A DNA stretch of 64,000 nucleotides from a virus (lineage: Duplodnaviria > Heunggongvirae > Uroviricota > Caudoviricetes): the IMG/VR virus record IMGVR_UViG_3300033070_001123; one strand, given 5' to 3'. The notes under the pieces were generated by a model, which ran no database searches, had not been told where the DNA came from, and saw only the letters and a program-made list of their open reading frames with translations. Shown one piece after another: positions 49,501 to 56,492 of this stretch; within the stretch, counting starts at the first letter, position 1; the number at the start of each line of letters is the position of its first letter. Made by a program: the position numbers and the translations under genes.

Positions 49501-50348
49501 CGAGTACAATCAAGATTCCAAACTCTTAGAGATGAATCATAAGATAGAGCGCAAGAAACGTTGTAAGGGTCAAAGACTGGCTCTTCATTTTCAGCATAAT
49601 CCCAAATAAGGTACAAGTTATCGCTTGAACCAGAAACAAACAAAGCCGCTGCGTAATGCAATGTAAAGCTTATGGAAGAATTTCCAGGCAAAGGGTCCAA
49701 AGCAAAATTGTACCAATTATCGTCTTTGATTTCTTCTATTGTTGTCTTGTAACTATATATTGGTATCGCGTCGCCAGGAGATATGTTATCATTGACTTCG
49801 TACATTCTAAAATGCAAAGTCAAAAACTTACTCTGATACTCTATAGAATCAGGCATTGTTTCAGAAGAACTTATAATCACAGAGTCTATATAAGACTGCT
49901 GTGTTTTAGGCTTTATAGATAGCTCAAACTTCTTGTTATCTTTGATAACAATTGTTGTAGAGACCCAAGACCATGAGCCTGGGGTTACTGTGGCGGTATT
50001 ATCAGAACTCGAAAAGCCGTCAACAAGTAGTTCATAAGAAAACTGAGAAACATCTGTTTGAGTTCTCACTCTGATAAAGACATTATACTTTCCAGCTTTC
50101 GCTGCCGTAACAGGATAAGACAAGATAGGGTAGGAAGGCGTTCCAATAGCCTGAGAAATAGCCATAGAACCTGAACCATAAGAGCCATCCACAACAACGT
50201 CAAATACAGCCGATGGATCGCCTTGTTCAAGCCTTGAAAAATTAGAAGCGTCAAACGCAGCAAAACCGTCTTCAGGCACTAAGAAAGAGGCCGAAGAATC
50301 GGTCTTGCCAACGGTTCGAATAAAAACAGAAGCTTTGGTGAGTATCAT
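40554..50348 (-). CDS. Giant (3264 aa) putative virion/baseplate adhesin with vWA, FN3, LamG and Kelch domains
   Basis: MDQSGS MIDAS motif; LamG (GLWHLNE...WSHVAVT...FYVNG); Kelch repeats (FAIGG, VYVFGG, VERYD...WEELAPMP); C-terminal Ig-like repeats. Confidence 0.8.
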   Translation of the reverse strand: MILTKASVFIRTVGKTDSSASFLVPEDGFAAFDASNFSRLEQGDPSAVFDVVVDGSYGSGSMAISQAIGTPSYPILSYPVTAAKAGKYNVFIRVRTQTDVSQFSYELLVDGFSSSDNTATVTPGSWSWVSTTIVIKDNKKFELSIKPKTQQSYIDSVIISSSETMPDSIEYQSKFLTLHFRMYEVNDNISPGDAIPIYSYKTTIEEIKDDNWYNFALDPLPGNSSISFTLHYAAALFVSGSSDNLYLIWDYAENEEPVFDPYNVSCALSYDSSLRVWNLDCTRNYAIRFYSFRDSINENACKLIVPASAIATKVVQKFDIDDLEPVFLQTKIVDIDSTTNKVALNLPDRLVSVVMDQSGSLSWNDSSGLRHEITRRMIDRLEATYPGEVKYNLLSLGSTPIKLNFFAVVETDQVNTNNTADVASAFFADQESGYAGVRIIRKLGAYPTGPLDGDIVTEGFVERAFDDELEENEQYYYAAYTFDSNGIFSSGRFLKASPRVKIYPHGVGGFTYRTIAGSGVKRDSNTIGLWHLNESTGTFAYDFSDSPVLLSSNEDVVWLNNNDVPSGISGIRFDGTDTKLLGYDEDGKFIKTKYTFMAWAYPFNFAAKRSIISRETISLDKMSFRFGTNTDGTLFFTFDDLTFASSSIALTANAWSHVAVTVDFLALTATFYVNGVEAGSGSLTALGYYSQEPMHIYLGGKASHFFGKLTEISVHDTIRSANYIASAAVRYERVSEKVLDNGDRIVAVRYSVPDDYNFEGGKVRIIRKAEVGTGVFSYQTPVNNNGVPAEPVLVFEGFGENPSNEEDGDLVYEANAGPGDFVVTLPFDYVHDRIYNFRIYSQNAIGNFSLDSDSPILSIKIPAFKSRDDRNKAITTPLIEPVENVQIRAGNHKTYLTWNAINNDTVEQIFVYWSDTGPPIINNDEGVSFSALLVFSGSPSQVEFVDRNLENEIVNYYAVVAADRYGNLSAPVYVSAIPLDDADEDGIPLLEVKQFRYEVVNENAISLGWDAPVKFQKEIEAWFDQRVALYAEITDEYGAPISDASRIKFSAKASVGSAQLAEDVFGEVINTTTLTPEADDCYILSSTVVGSGFIRGVFRMTPDLDTLSAINSLSAQITVSYEIPNRDNPSENVFQFESLPVTIEMRNPFAMELVNIGDNAANFGTITSSGTRKKSKRRRSAGGSTNDPLPDNQSSGSADIVKILCKQTVPLDDQEFISSGGLLFDPDKFAEFDGCWVRRSRPFMARVVVTYRGQALPDGGNCNVAVFEASDPQCDEEPSGGNPCSQTGEPGKRRPFVPTFSTRRSRSVQPPATSIPLRVGLQRLSDGTTRQVTYTDIPLRAPRTPQAVMLFTKVGFNGYYARKKLYIVFDNILRVETTIEPPESNCIDVSEQMANIYLIDPDSPNVDRPRKIPVTDQQVVRWNLRKGRNAKDRPFYSTDNVPAGPGVFSYTRGGMARRIFFGPACGVTWELYIPCPGNVIYLPELYAIKASVVYDGLSAFEERPAIIYPANFGGRGFGSRFLMDMPQYVNTLYADGYSLVRCTVYHDPNVTGGSTADCFRQCAENANRPIFVLDNGQIVEIESGDSFEILYGDNLEIVYDEDIEEYVVNEANQSEGFAQIPLAQTGGTTTFYLRINKFIGRPQPDSGSGDDNVDSGQSSNSCDCIEAPPGLAKKKGLSVIDGRTTVNFNGETRYLRGGGDLKTGIPPTTIDLKEPLDISIVDIRRSGQSVEKLLCDGVAVHEFVLEVTFKGRPVPNGTPVFLTIGGKNPEKIILQNDTVFTEKLNDSILNPDGNVRSFASFFVAPFGPESAFEAQVQAETNYDKRGDVERSMTCCVTIKYDPSQPKEEGPEDRPEGEISNVFSAALDVYDTYSNEWTVKASMNYPRGCLTTSWDFDAYGERLFAIGGLNGKSILSYNEMYDIGEDKWYVKKSMNTPRFYHMAAQDYGYVYVFGGITANGTELVISSSVERYDIVNDTWEELAPMPVFDQNTYGVALGACVVSNGKAYIIGGIRKIGTRGSIDAVNDRILVFDFETLTWSWSDQFVDEDLALYNRVSPFAFTEANQTKIHVVGGAIPGERNEETGEQPLQFVTDAFEIDLDTLEITLDDYVYRQIPSPRYRGACVSILDQHYFLGGTSDKSQILNLLDIITEGSPVYSYAEGERMPTAKTAFGCSSDNWRYVYSCGGLTSGRPAGFLQIKARVSPSSIRLDGKQSATVSIELLNDVGEHPTKEVRVLVQGILLFPNSQAGNDQTAGGDQSQQQSDNQALRDALVYPVVFSSNDFYIYDGVASTVMLPRADDILKKISEIKEKLGIQDSVAGEGGDEGNNTLVIKEGEVRNPYTIKVRITVLDEFYYGQTVIDIKDNEDSTTTNNTTDGSSGSDTPGSDTGGSGGSSGSPNNGDITEFEGCRSVEGSQAVEQSSNQNDYDPGRDSENNQTIDQSLKESDNPVFDLNPPQTPQLESPEVSYFSDIEWIPQIIVHVENGEFEDMAKGLTRLRNEIPFGASPLYDALVKNAAIMLDEDFDRYAKVIYVNTDNEENLSINTLDTAIQDVQAIDGFGKVPVVINNFSVVFPVTLSALVSRTDTDSLDTIANQTGGQSQTILDAAYIDEILNNSLGRVEGSIGWGLYECVIDLSKNSIINTVSLDYELYPNTDGSWRMATSEDGFNYSDYSDSFNPNTEISLVNVNARYIKFKVTLLSGLSSYIENEYDLIPTPGVPALTAINIKYSVPTESFIYLKPETTDFSPQQIAVAVSANKPDLSTIQVGATTSSSYNWSDYYSGAQPASDRYGKIFIPIRYNQEQDATLNEPLDNVNGFMWKARYGKWDVTSRVTILDKDGETVASDGYELYPKEGLVVFSSKQLGPFSVSIENAGNLRLGVRILNMDSYNPVEIDGVAYMYNTNVFLPPPLSQRPPTITDFRVVPSTLTIYQTISLSYKYFDINQRSEDTDQTVIRWYINGVEIEYLRNLRTWNNINDINDPIWVYALSFRPENVPAGTSYEQYAREKGESILRVGDVVYATIKASDGILFSDIVRSPSVTAIEAPPFITAITIKGKKNDGTVQDTVITTTRAFADFAYFQDGDSNTSSQIIWYVNGIEFKRGDLGVTVGGISNNEIIPGEVKNNIVGIAIGNVLEVTILPASQNIIGNPVTSAAVSVENDPPTVRNVTVSPSPTASSASALQLTYTYVDAESQQQGSTQNDQSSIRWFRALSGSSTFEEVPSLQNVRIVPAVNTASGQRWKAEVIPFDGISVGTATQSNTVEIV

Positions 50349-52021
50349 GTATATATGCTTATTTGTTTCTTAAAGACATTATCGTACCAATCTTTAACTT
50401 CAATCAGTACGTCACTCCAGAACGAGGTTGTCGGAGCATCCCAAGCCCCTTCCCAAACGCCAAAATTCCTAATGCCTATTGATATTGCATACTTAATAGT
50501 TTCGATCCAAACCTTTCTAAACTGTACTGTATTTGTATCGTTTGAATTGTAGGGAGAGGAAACAGAACTCTGTACGGAACCGTCATTTCGGACGCTCCAA
50601 GCCGAGAACCAAGGACACATCGGGTTATCCAAACCTCCTGCAACAACGCCATTATAGAGTCCCCTTCTCATATGCTGCATTCTAAACCAATTCCAGTCTG
50701 AAAAATCAGCAGGATAATAGTTGGAAAAATCATAAGTCATGTAGTTTCTAAAAGTTGACAATCTTGGATCTATTGCCGAAAAACCTTGATTAAAGAAATT
50801 GTTAAGGTCTTCTGAAACATACAAAGAGAAATCAGACTGATCAAAACAATACATACTAGCAGATTGCATCCAGTTAGTAAACGTAGGCATTGTATCAAAA
50901 ATGGCGTAACCATTCATCGCTCTTAGACTTGTATTCTGAACGCCAATTCTTGTTGTTTTATGATATTTTGTATACAGACTCTGTTGCGCATTTGAAAATA
51001 TCATGTTTGGAAAATGCTGCAAAGCAGGCTCGCAAGACGCCTTCCATATGCAATAATCTCTAGAAGTATGATACAAAACAGCAGCCCTCCAAAAGCCTTC
51101 AAAAGCCTTTGGAGTTCTTACATATCCATCGGTAGCGAAATCAAGACAAGGCCAAGAACCTCCGTCTCTATGATTCGCCTGACTCCAAAACTGCTGAAAA
51201 GTTCTTTGCCCATCAACTAAAAAATCTGTATCCGACGAACGTGAATCTTGTAAAGAACAGCTTATATATCCAATATCATTAAGACCAAACTGATCTACAC
51301 AAGCAAACTGAGCATGAGTTCCTGATATTGGATAAACAGCGACTCCTGGATAAAAATCCAATCCAGTTGATTCAACATTGAAATTGCAAAAATATGGATC
51401 TTTATAACCTATATTAGCAAGGCCAAGTTTAAGTTTTGTCCAAAACTCCGTATCCCAACTACTGTTATTATCTATACCGTTCTTTGACCACATACCATAG
51501 TTCAATCCGTTCAATATGGAAGGTCTCTCTTCCGGTCTATTCATAAATAAGAAAGTATTGGGTCCGTCTGGAGTTCCATTAATATCAGGAGGAAATCCAG
51601 GCGGATATCCCCATGTAAAGTTTCTGATTGAATACTCAAAATCAGTCCTTCCGACAGACTGCATTTGAGAATTCATATAAGGAATAACCTCTTGACAAAT
51701 TTGATTAACAAAATAGTCAACATTCCTTACGGCAAGCCCTGAATCTCTCGGATTGTACCTAATATGAGGCATAACCCAAGGATGGCTCCACAAAGATTGA
51801 TTTTGAACATCTGGTCCTTGCAAAGTTCCATTGAATACGCTTTTCTGAAAAGCTTGTTCAAAAAGGAAATATGGTTCTCTATCAAACTGAGGACGGCCAA
51901 TTGGTAAGCTTAGATCAGGAACAAAATCGGGAAGTTCAGGCCAATTCCTTTTTGACTGAAAACCAGAACCAACCCTAACTATTTGTCCTTTTCCGCTAGG
52001 TTTTCTTCCTATATATTCCAT
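50345..52021 (-). CDS. Hypothetical aromatic-rich protein, possibly carbohydrate-active; the true start may lie upstream, across the repeat
   Basis: 558-aa ORF in the structural cluster. Confidence 0.7.
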   Translation of the reverse strand: MEYIGRKPSGKGQIVRVGSGFQSKRNWPELPDFVPDLSLPIGRPQFDREPYFLFEQAFQKSVFNGTLQGPDVQNQSLWSHPWVMPHIRYNPRDSGLAVRNVDYFVNQICQEVIPYMNSQMQSVGRTDFEYSIRNFTWGYPPGFPPDINGTPDGPNTFLFMNRPEERPSILNGLNYGMWSKNGIDNNSSWDTEFWTKLKLGLANIGYKDPYFCNFNVESTGLDFYPGVAVYPISGTHAQFACVDQFGLNDIGYISCSLQDSRSSDTDFLVDGQRTFQQFWSQANHRDGGSWPCLDFATDGYVRTPKAFEGFWRAAVLYHTSRDYCIWKASCEPALQHFPNMIFSNAQQSLYTKYHKTTRIGVQNTSLRAMNGYAIFDTMPTFTNWMQSASMYCFDQSDFSLYVSEDLNNFFNQGFSAIDPRLSTFRNYMTYDFSNYYPADFSDWNWFRMQHMRRGLYNGVVAGGLDNPMCPWFSAWSVRNDGSVQSSVSSPYNSNDTNTVQFRKVWIETIKYAISIGIRNFGVWEGAWDAPTTSFWSDVLIEVKDWYDNVFKKQISIYT

Positions 52022-52056
52022 GTTTGACTCTTTAGTTACTCTGTAGTTACTCTGTA
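52022..52056 (-). repeat. 11-nt tandem repeat: two perfect copies and one degenerate copy
   Basis: ACAGAGTAACT ACAGAGTAACT AAAGAGTCAAAC, then ATG. Confidence 0.85.
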
Positions 52057-52095
52057 ATACCAGGGATCTCCGCAGCCATTCATTTTACTCCCCTA

Positions 52096-55000
52096 TTAGT
52101 TTATTGTTGAGCCTGTAGCAAGTTTTCTAATGAAGCTCTCGGAAGCAAGTTTGAAGTAGGCATTTCCGAAGAGCCATATGTCTGAATTCACTATCAAAAC
52201 CTTATGTATAGTTGGAAGTTTTGAAGTTGTATGAACTACAAAATCATCGGCATAAACAACGTAACGACCGTCAGATAGTCCTATTAGCGACTTGGTAAAA
52301 TCATAATCTATGTCATTAACACCAATAGCAGCAGAGTCTTCAATATCTCCAAGAATATCAAGAAGTTGCAACGAAAGGTTTCCGCTATAGAAAGAACCTC
52401 CATCTTGGAAAAGCCCCTTCGTTGTTCCGAACAGCATTTGAGAACGGTGCTTTTGAAGCTTATTGACAATTTGATTGTTTAGAACACCAACCCTATTCCA
52501 GTTAAATCCATCAGTTGAATAATAGCTCTCTCCGCTATCAGAAACAGCCATTGCAGCGTCAGGGGAAGACATAACATTAACAGGTAAAGAAGTTGAAACA
52601 ACCTTTGTCCAGGTTGACGAAGAGTTTTTCCTTGCGTAAACACCGTCTTCTGCTCCAATAACAAGGTTACTTCCAAATATGCTTACAAAACTATGCAGCT
52701 TTTTTGGCAAACCAGAAGCAGTATCCTTAGTTATCTTCTGCGTATTTACGTCAAAGAAGTACAACTTAGATTCATCAAGGATGTAGACTGTATTTTGATA
52801 CTTTCTGATATCCTTAACTAAAAGGGTTCTATCAGATTTGAAAGAAAGTCTATTTACTTCCTTTGTTACTGTACTTATTGTTAAAACTCCTCCATAACCA
52901 CCAACAAAAACAGAACCAAGCTCAGGAACGCTTAGTACAGCATTAGCGCATGGAAGGGACAGATTTCTATTACTAAGGTCTGTAAATACTTCATAATCAA
53001 CGGTTGAGTTTTCCTTATCATACCAATCAGAATTACATGGAATGCAATATTTAGCTTGATATGGGGGAGCAACGGAATCTTGCAAACCTGGACTGATTCT
53101 CTCACCTGCAAGTCCACCAGATAGTATGTTAGAATGATGAACTTGGCTCAAGTGAGACGGAGCGCCAGAGTTTACCCATTCAAAGGTATCTTCTATAGTC
53201 CAGTGCGGCATTCCAATGTTTACCAAAGAAGGATTGACTATATCAAGCTCAACTCTATTGTACTTAGCCAGAGCCTTAGGAAGTTCAATGATTCCGTCAA
53301 TAGAATTTGCTACTGCAACAATTTCAAAACCTGAATAGTCTTCTGGGAACTGATCGCCAACGCCACCAGAGGGGGTATTCTTATATCTTTGAACACCAAA
53401 TCCTTCTATCTGGTCTCTCTTTTCAGTTCCTCCCAAAGAAACAATACCATACTTTCCGTACTTCGCAATGAAAGAAGAACTGCCTGAAAGGTCGCCTCCA
53501 ACACCAAACGATATTGGCGGCGGCGGGTCAACGTCTATGTTGTATGTAAAGTTCCTTTGTTCTATAAACCTTGAAACAGGATACCAATTTTGCTGCATAT
53601 CTCCTGTTGTTGCTACAGCATCATTATGAGTATAAACAGTTGCCCACCAAATAACTCCCTGGCATCCGCTCATATATAATGATCTGTATGTAAAGTCCGA
53701 TATATTTGGGTTTATATATCCACTTGCGCGAAGATATCCATTCCATATGAAAGGGCAAAGAGGCTTATTGGCTATTCTTGCAATATCATGAAAATTCCTA
53801 AGAGACATTAAGTAAAAGATTCTTTGCTGTATAGGATCTGCTTGCTTTCTGCCTGTTTGAGAATAATACAAATTAGCATCGTAATTGGCTGTCCTGTCCC
53901 AAAGATACATTGCTGGTGAAATGAAGTCAAACGCCTGCATCCATTCCTTCCAGTAATAGACTTCCAAATCTCTTAGAGAATTTGTTGCGTCAGGATTCTG
54001 AGAACCAAAATCCAAGCCGTCTATAGACCATATACCACGAGTCGGAACGGCTCCAAAAAAGCCTATCTTTTGAACATTTGGCCTTAACTGCCTAATAACA
54101 TCATTCAGTTCATTTATCCAAACAATCCAACGTTCAGCCCATTTCTTCTGCAAATAATCATCTTGCTGTTCAAGAGTCTTACCTGAGGACCACCCTGGCT
54201 CTGATTGATCGACCGCCCAAATCCACCAATCTCTCAAGGTTCTCGCAGCCAAACCCGAAGAAGGCGAAGAACGAATAAGAGTCGAGCTTGCATACTGGCT
54301 CATCATAATAAGACCGTTTCCAACCTGAACGGCTACTTGATTATTTGAGGTATTATAAGCTCTTAGTTCAAAGTTATGAAAAATGCTTCCAGTAAACGTA
54401 GCTGGTATATACGGAACTCCACCAGACCTACCAAAACCAGTTATATTCTGATATAGGGTTGCTTTTGCTTTATCAAGCTTATCCTGTTGAAACAACCAAA
54501 GTAAAGAATCACCAGATCCTGAAATAAAATCATTTGTAATACCAGAAACAGGAACCCAAGAATGCTGACTTCCGCCTGGCAAAGTCCAATCATAATAAGC
54601 ATCAAACTGATACAGTCCTATCATTTCCTGTATATCTGGAACATTTGAACTGTAGGTTATATGAATATCTTTTGGCAAACAAACTTTTCTACCTCCAAGT
54701 AAAGCGTCTCCAACTTGACAGATCGAAGAGCCTCCGCCGAGAGCAAATATAGAAGAATATGTTACAAACGACTCTTTCCAACTTAGCTTGTTAGGAAGAA
54801 GACATTCTCTTCTAACAATATAGTCAATCGTTACAGGAATCGCCTGATGCACGCTTTCTATATACAGAACATAATCCTCATATGCTGTGTTTGTTGTTGA
54901 AGACGGTCCATAATCGGCATACCAAGAAGCGATTGGCATGTATACCCAAGGGTCCAAACCAGAAAGCAACAAATCAAGGAACCAATCTCTTCCGCCTTTA

Positions 55001-56490
55001 GAATAGTCTTTGGTTAAAAACTCTGACCTATCAACATATCCAGGAGCAACATAGAGATATAATGAGTTTTCATTTCTTGCACCAGAAGCCATAGAAACAG
55101 ACGGATAAGAAGCTCTCCATCCTTGAACATACTGTGTAACATAAGAACTTGTAATATTCTCTGGCAAACCAAGAAGAGACAATCCGCTAGCAGACCTCAA
55201 GCCGCCCTCAAAGAAGTTATCAGTTTCAAACTGATCATGAAGAACTTCGTCTTCTTGGAAATCAACTGCTGGCTCGGTAAAATCACCAAGATTAACCTTG
55301 CTCAATGTATTATCTGCGGCAAAAATAACTCTAAACTGGTTTTCTTCTTCCCATTCCTTAATTTCAGCAAGAGAGTTTCTTAGAGACTGAGGAAGATTAG
55401 TAAAGAATGCAGGATTCTCTCCTCGGTCATTATTCCCCCAACCGGCAATATTCAAAAACATGACAGCTTGATAGCCATATGTTTTAAGCAAAGAAACATC
55501 AACCGTCGAATCAAGAAGTTCTCTCCATCCGCTTACTGTTTGAGGATTGATATATTCTTGTCCAGGCAGAGGAAGACGACCCTGCAAACTTTGCTTATCT
55601 TGCGTACTAAAAAGGTAATATCTTCTCTGATTGTCTCTTGCGGTAAAATATGCCTTCGGAGCATTAGGCCCTGCAAGATTAATACCATATATCCTGCCAC
55701 TAATTCTTGGTCCAACATTAGAATCTGAATGGTTAGCCCAGAACCAAACAAAGTAAGGCTCATAAGATCTCAGAGCGGCAGTCCTTCTATAAGAAGCGCT
55801 GCCATTATATGAAGTGAAAGAGTTGTACTCTTCATATCTTAGCCAAACTTTCCAGGTTCTAGTTTCACCCGCCTGAAACTTATCAACAATACCTTTATCC
55901 GTATTGACATTTCCCTCTATTCGGAAATAAGCCTTAAGAGTTGAAGCGTCAAAATCTCCATAAATCTTGAATGGATACGAATAGTTAGTCGAAACGCTTG
56001 TCATCTGGCAAGCGGCGCTTGCTAAACCTGTTTTCCAGTTTTCAATAGCCAAGCAAGGAGCAAACCAATTAACGCCATATATAGCGTTTGGATTTCCAAA
56101 CTTGTCTGTTGATGGATTCTTGACTGCCGGATAAGCAACAGCCTCAGGTCTCATGCCGTATGAATCATGATTCATATGATTGAGAACGTGCCTATAAAAA
56201 GAGTTCGCTCCAGCGCCAACCCAATTGGGATGATACATTCCTGAATTAATGCGAACAAATGGAGCAGACTGCTGCACCTGTGTCTTGTTCTTGACTGTAA
56301 TGGTTAGATTTACACCTCTTGATTCAACAAGCTCTCTATTAACAGTGACTTCCCAGGTTGCTCCATTATTTACAAGCGGAGTACCATTGGAACTATCTCT
56401 TACAATAGAAGAGTCATAATCATTTGGGTCAAACCATACGAGTTTCTGGCTATTAGGGCTACCAGCTTCTCTTGGCGAAAATAGTGACAT
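52096..56490 (-). CDS. Large putative virion protein with a hyaluronidase (GH56)-like barrel and C-terminal beta-propeller
   Basis: IPATFTGSIFHNFE, RQLRPNVQKIGFFG, FDFISPAMYL, KPLCPFIW, GCQGVIWW; YSTDGFNW propeller repeats. Confidence 0.7.
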   Translation of the reverse strand: MSLFSPREAGSPNSQKLVWFDPNDYDSSIVRDSSNGTPLVNNGATWEVTVNRELVESRGVNLTITVKNKTQVQQSAPFVRINSGMYHPNWVGAGANSFYRHVLNHMNHDSYGMRPEAVAYPAVKNPSTDKFGNPNAIYGVNWFAPCLAIENWKTGLASAACQMTSVSTNYSYPFKIYGDFDASTLKAYFRIEGNVNTDKGIVDKFQAGETRTWKVWLRYEEYNSFTSYNGSASYRRTAALRSYEPYFVWFWANHSDSNVGPRISGRIYGINLAGPNAPKAYFTARDNQRRYYLFSTQDKQSLQGRLPLPGQEYINPQTVSGWRELLDSTVDVSLLKTYGYQAVMFLNIAGWGNNDRGENPAFFTNLPQSLRNSLAEIKEWEEENQFRVIFAADNTLSKVNLGDFTEPAVDFQEDEVLHDQFETDNFFEGGLRSASGLSLLGLPENITSSYVTQYVQGWRASYPSVSMASGARNENSLYLYVAPGYVDRSEFLTKDYSKGGRDWFLDLLLSGLDPWVYMPIASWYADYGPSSTTNTAYEDYVLYIESVHQAIPVTIDYIVRRECLLPNKLSWKESFVTYSSIFALGGGSSICQVGDALLGGRKVCLPKDIHITYSSNVPDIQEMIGLYQFDAYYDWTLPGGSQHSWVPVSGITNDFISGSGDSLLWLFQQDKLDKAKATLYQNITGFGRSGGVPYIPATFTGSIFHNFELRAYNTSNNQVAVQVGNGLIMMSQYASSTLIRSSPSSGLAARTLRDWWIWAVDQSEPGWSSGKTLEQQDDYLQKKWAERWIVWINELNDVIRQLRPNVQKIGFFGAVPTRGIWSIDGLDFGSQNPDATNSLRDLEVYYWKEWMQAFDFISPAMYLWDRTANYDANLYYSQTGRKQADPIQQRIFYLMSLRNFHDIARIANKPLCPFIWNGYLRASGYINPNISDFTYRSLYMSGCQGVIWWATVYTHNDAVATTGDMQQNWYPVSRFIEQRNFTYNIDVDPPPPISFGVGGDLSGSSSFIAKYGKYGIVSLGGTEKRDQIEGFGVQRYKNTPSGGVGDQFPEDYSGFEIVAVANSIDGIIELPKALAKYNRVELDIVNPSLVNIGMPHWTIEDTFEWVNSGAPSHLSQVHHSNILSGGLAGERISPGLQDSVAPPYQAKYCIPCNSDWYDKENSTVDYEVFTDLSNRNLSLPCANAVLSVPELGSVFVGGYGGVLTISTVTKEVNRLSFKSDRTLLVKDIRKYQNTVYILDESKLYFFDVNTQKITKDTASGLPKKLHSFVSIFGSNLVIGAEDGVYARKNSSSTWTKVVSTSLPVNVMSSPDAAMAVSDSGESYYSTDGFNWNRVGVLNNQIVNKLQKHRSQMLFGTTKGLFQDGGSFYSGNLSLQLLDILGDIEDSAAIGVNDIDYDFTKSLIGLSDGRYVVYADDFVVHTTSKLPTIHKVLIVNSDIWLFGNAYFKLASESFIRKLATGSTIN

Positions 56491-56492
56491 AC

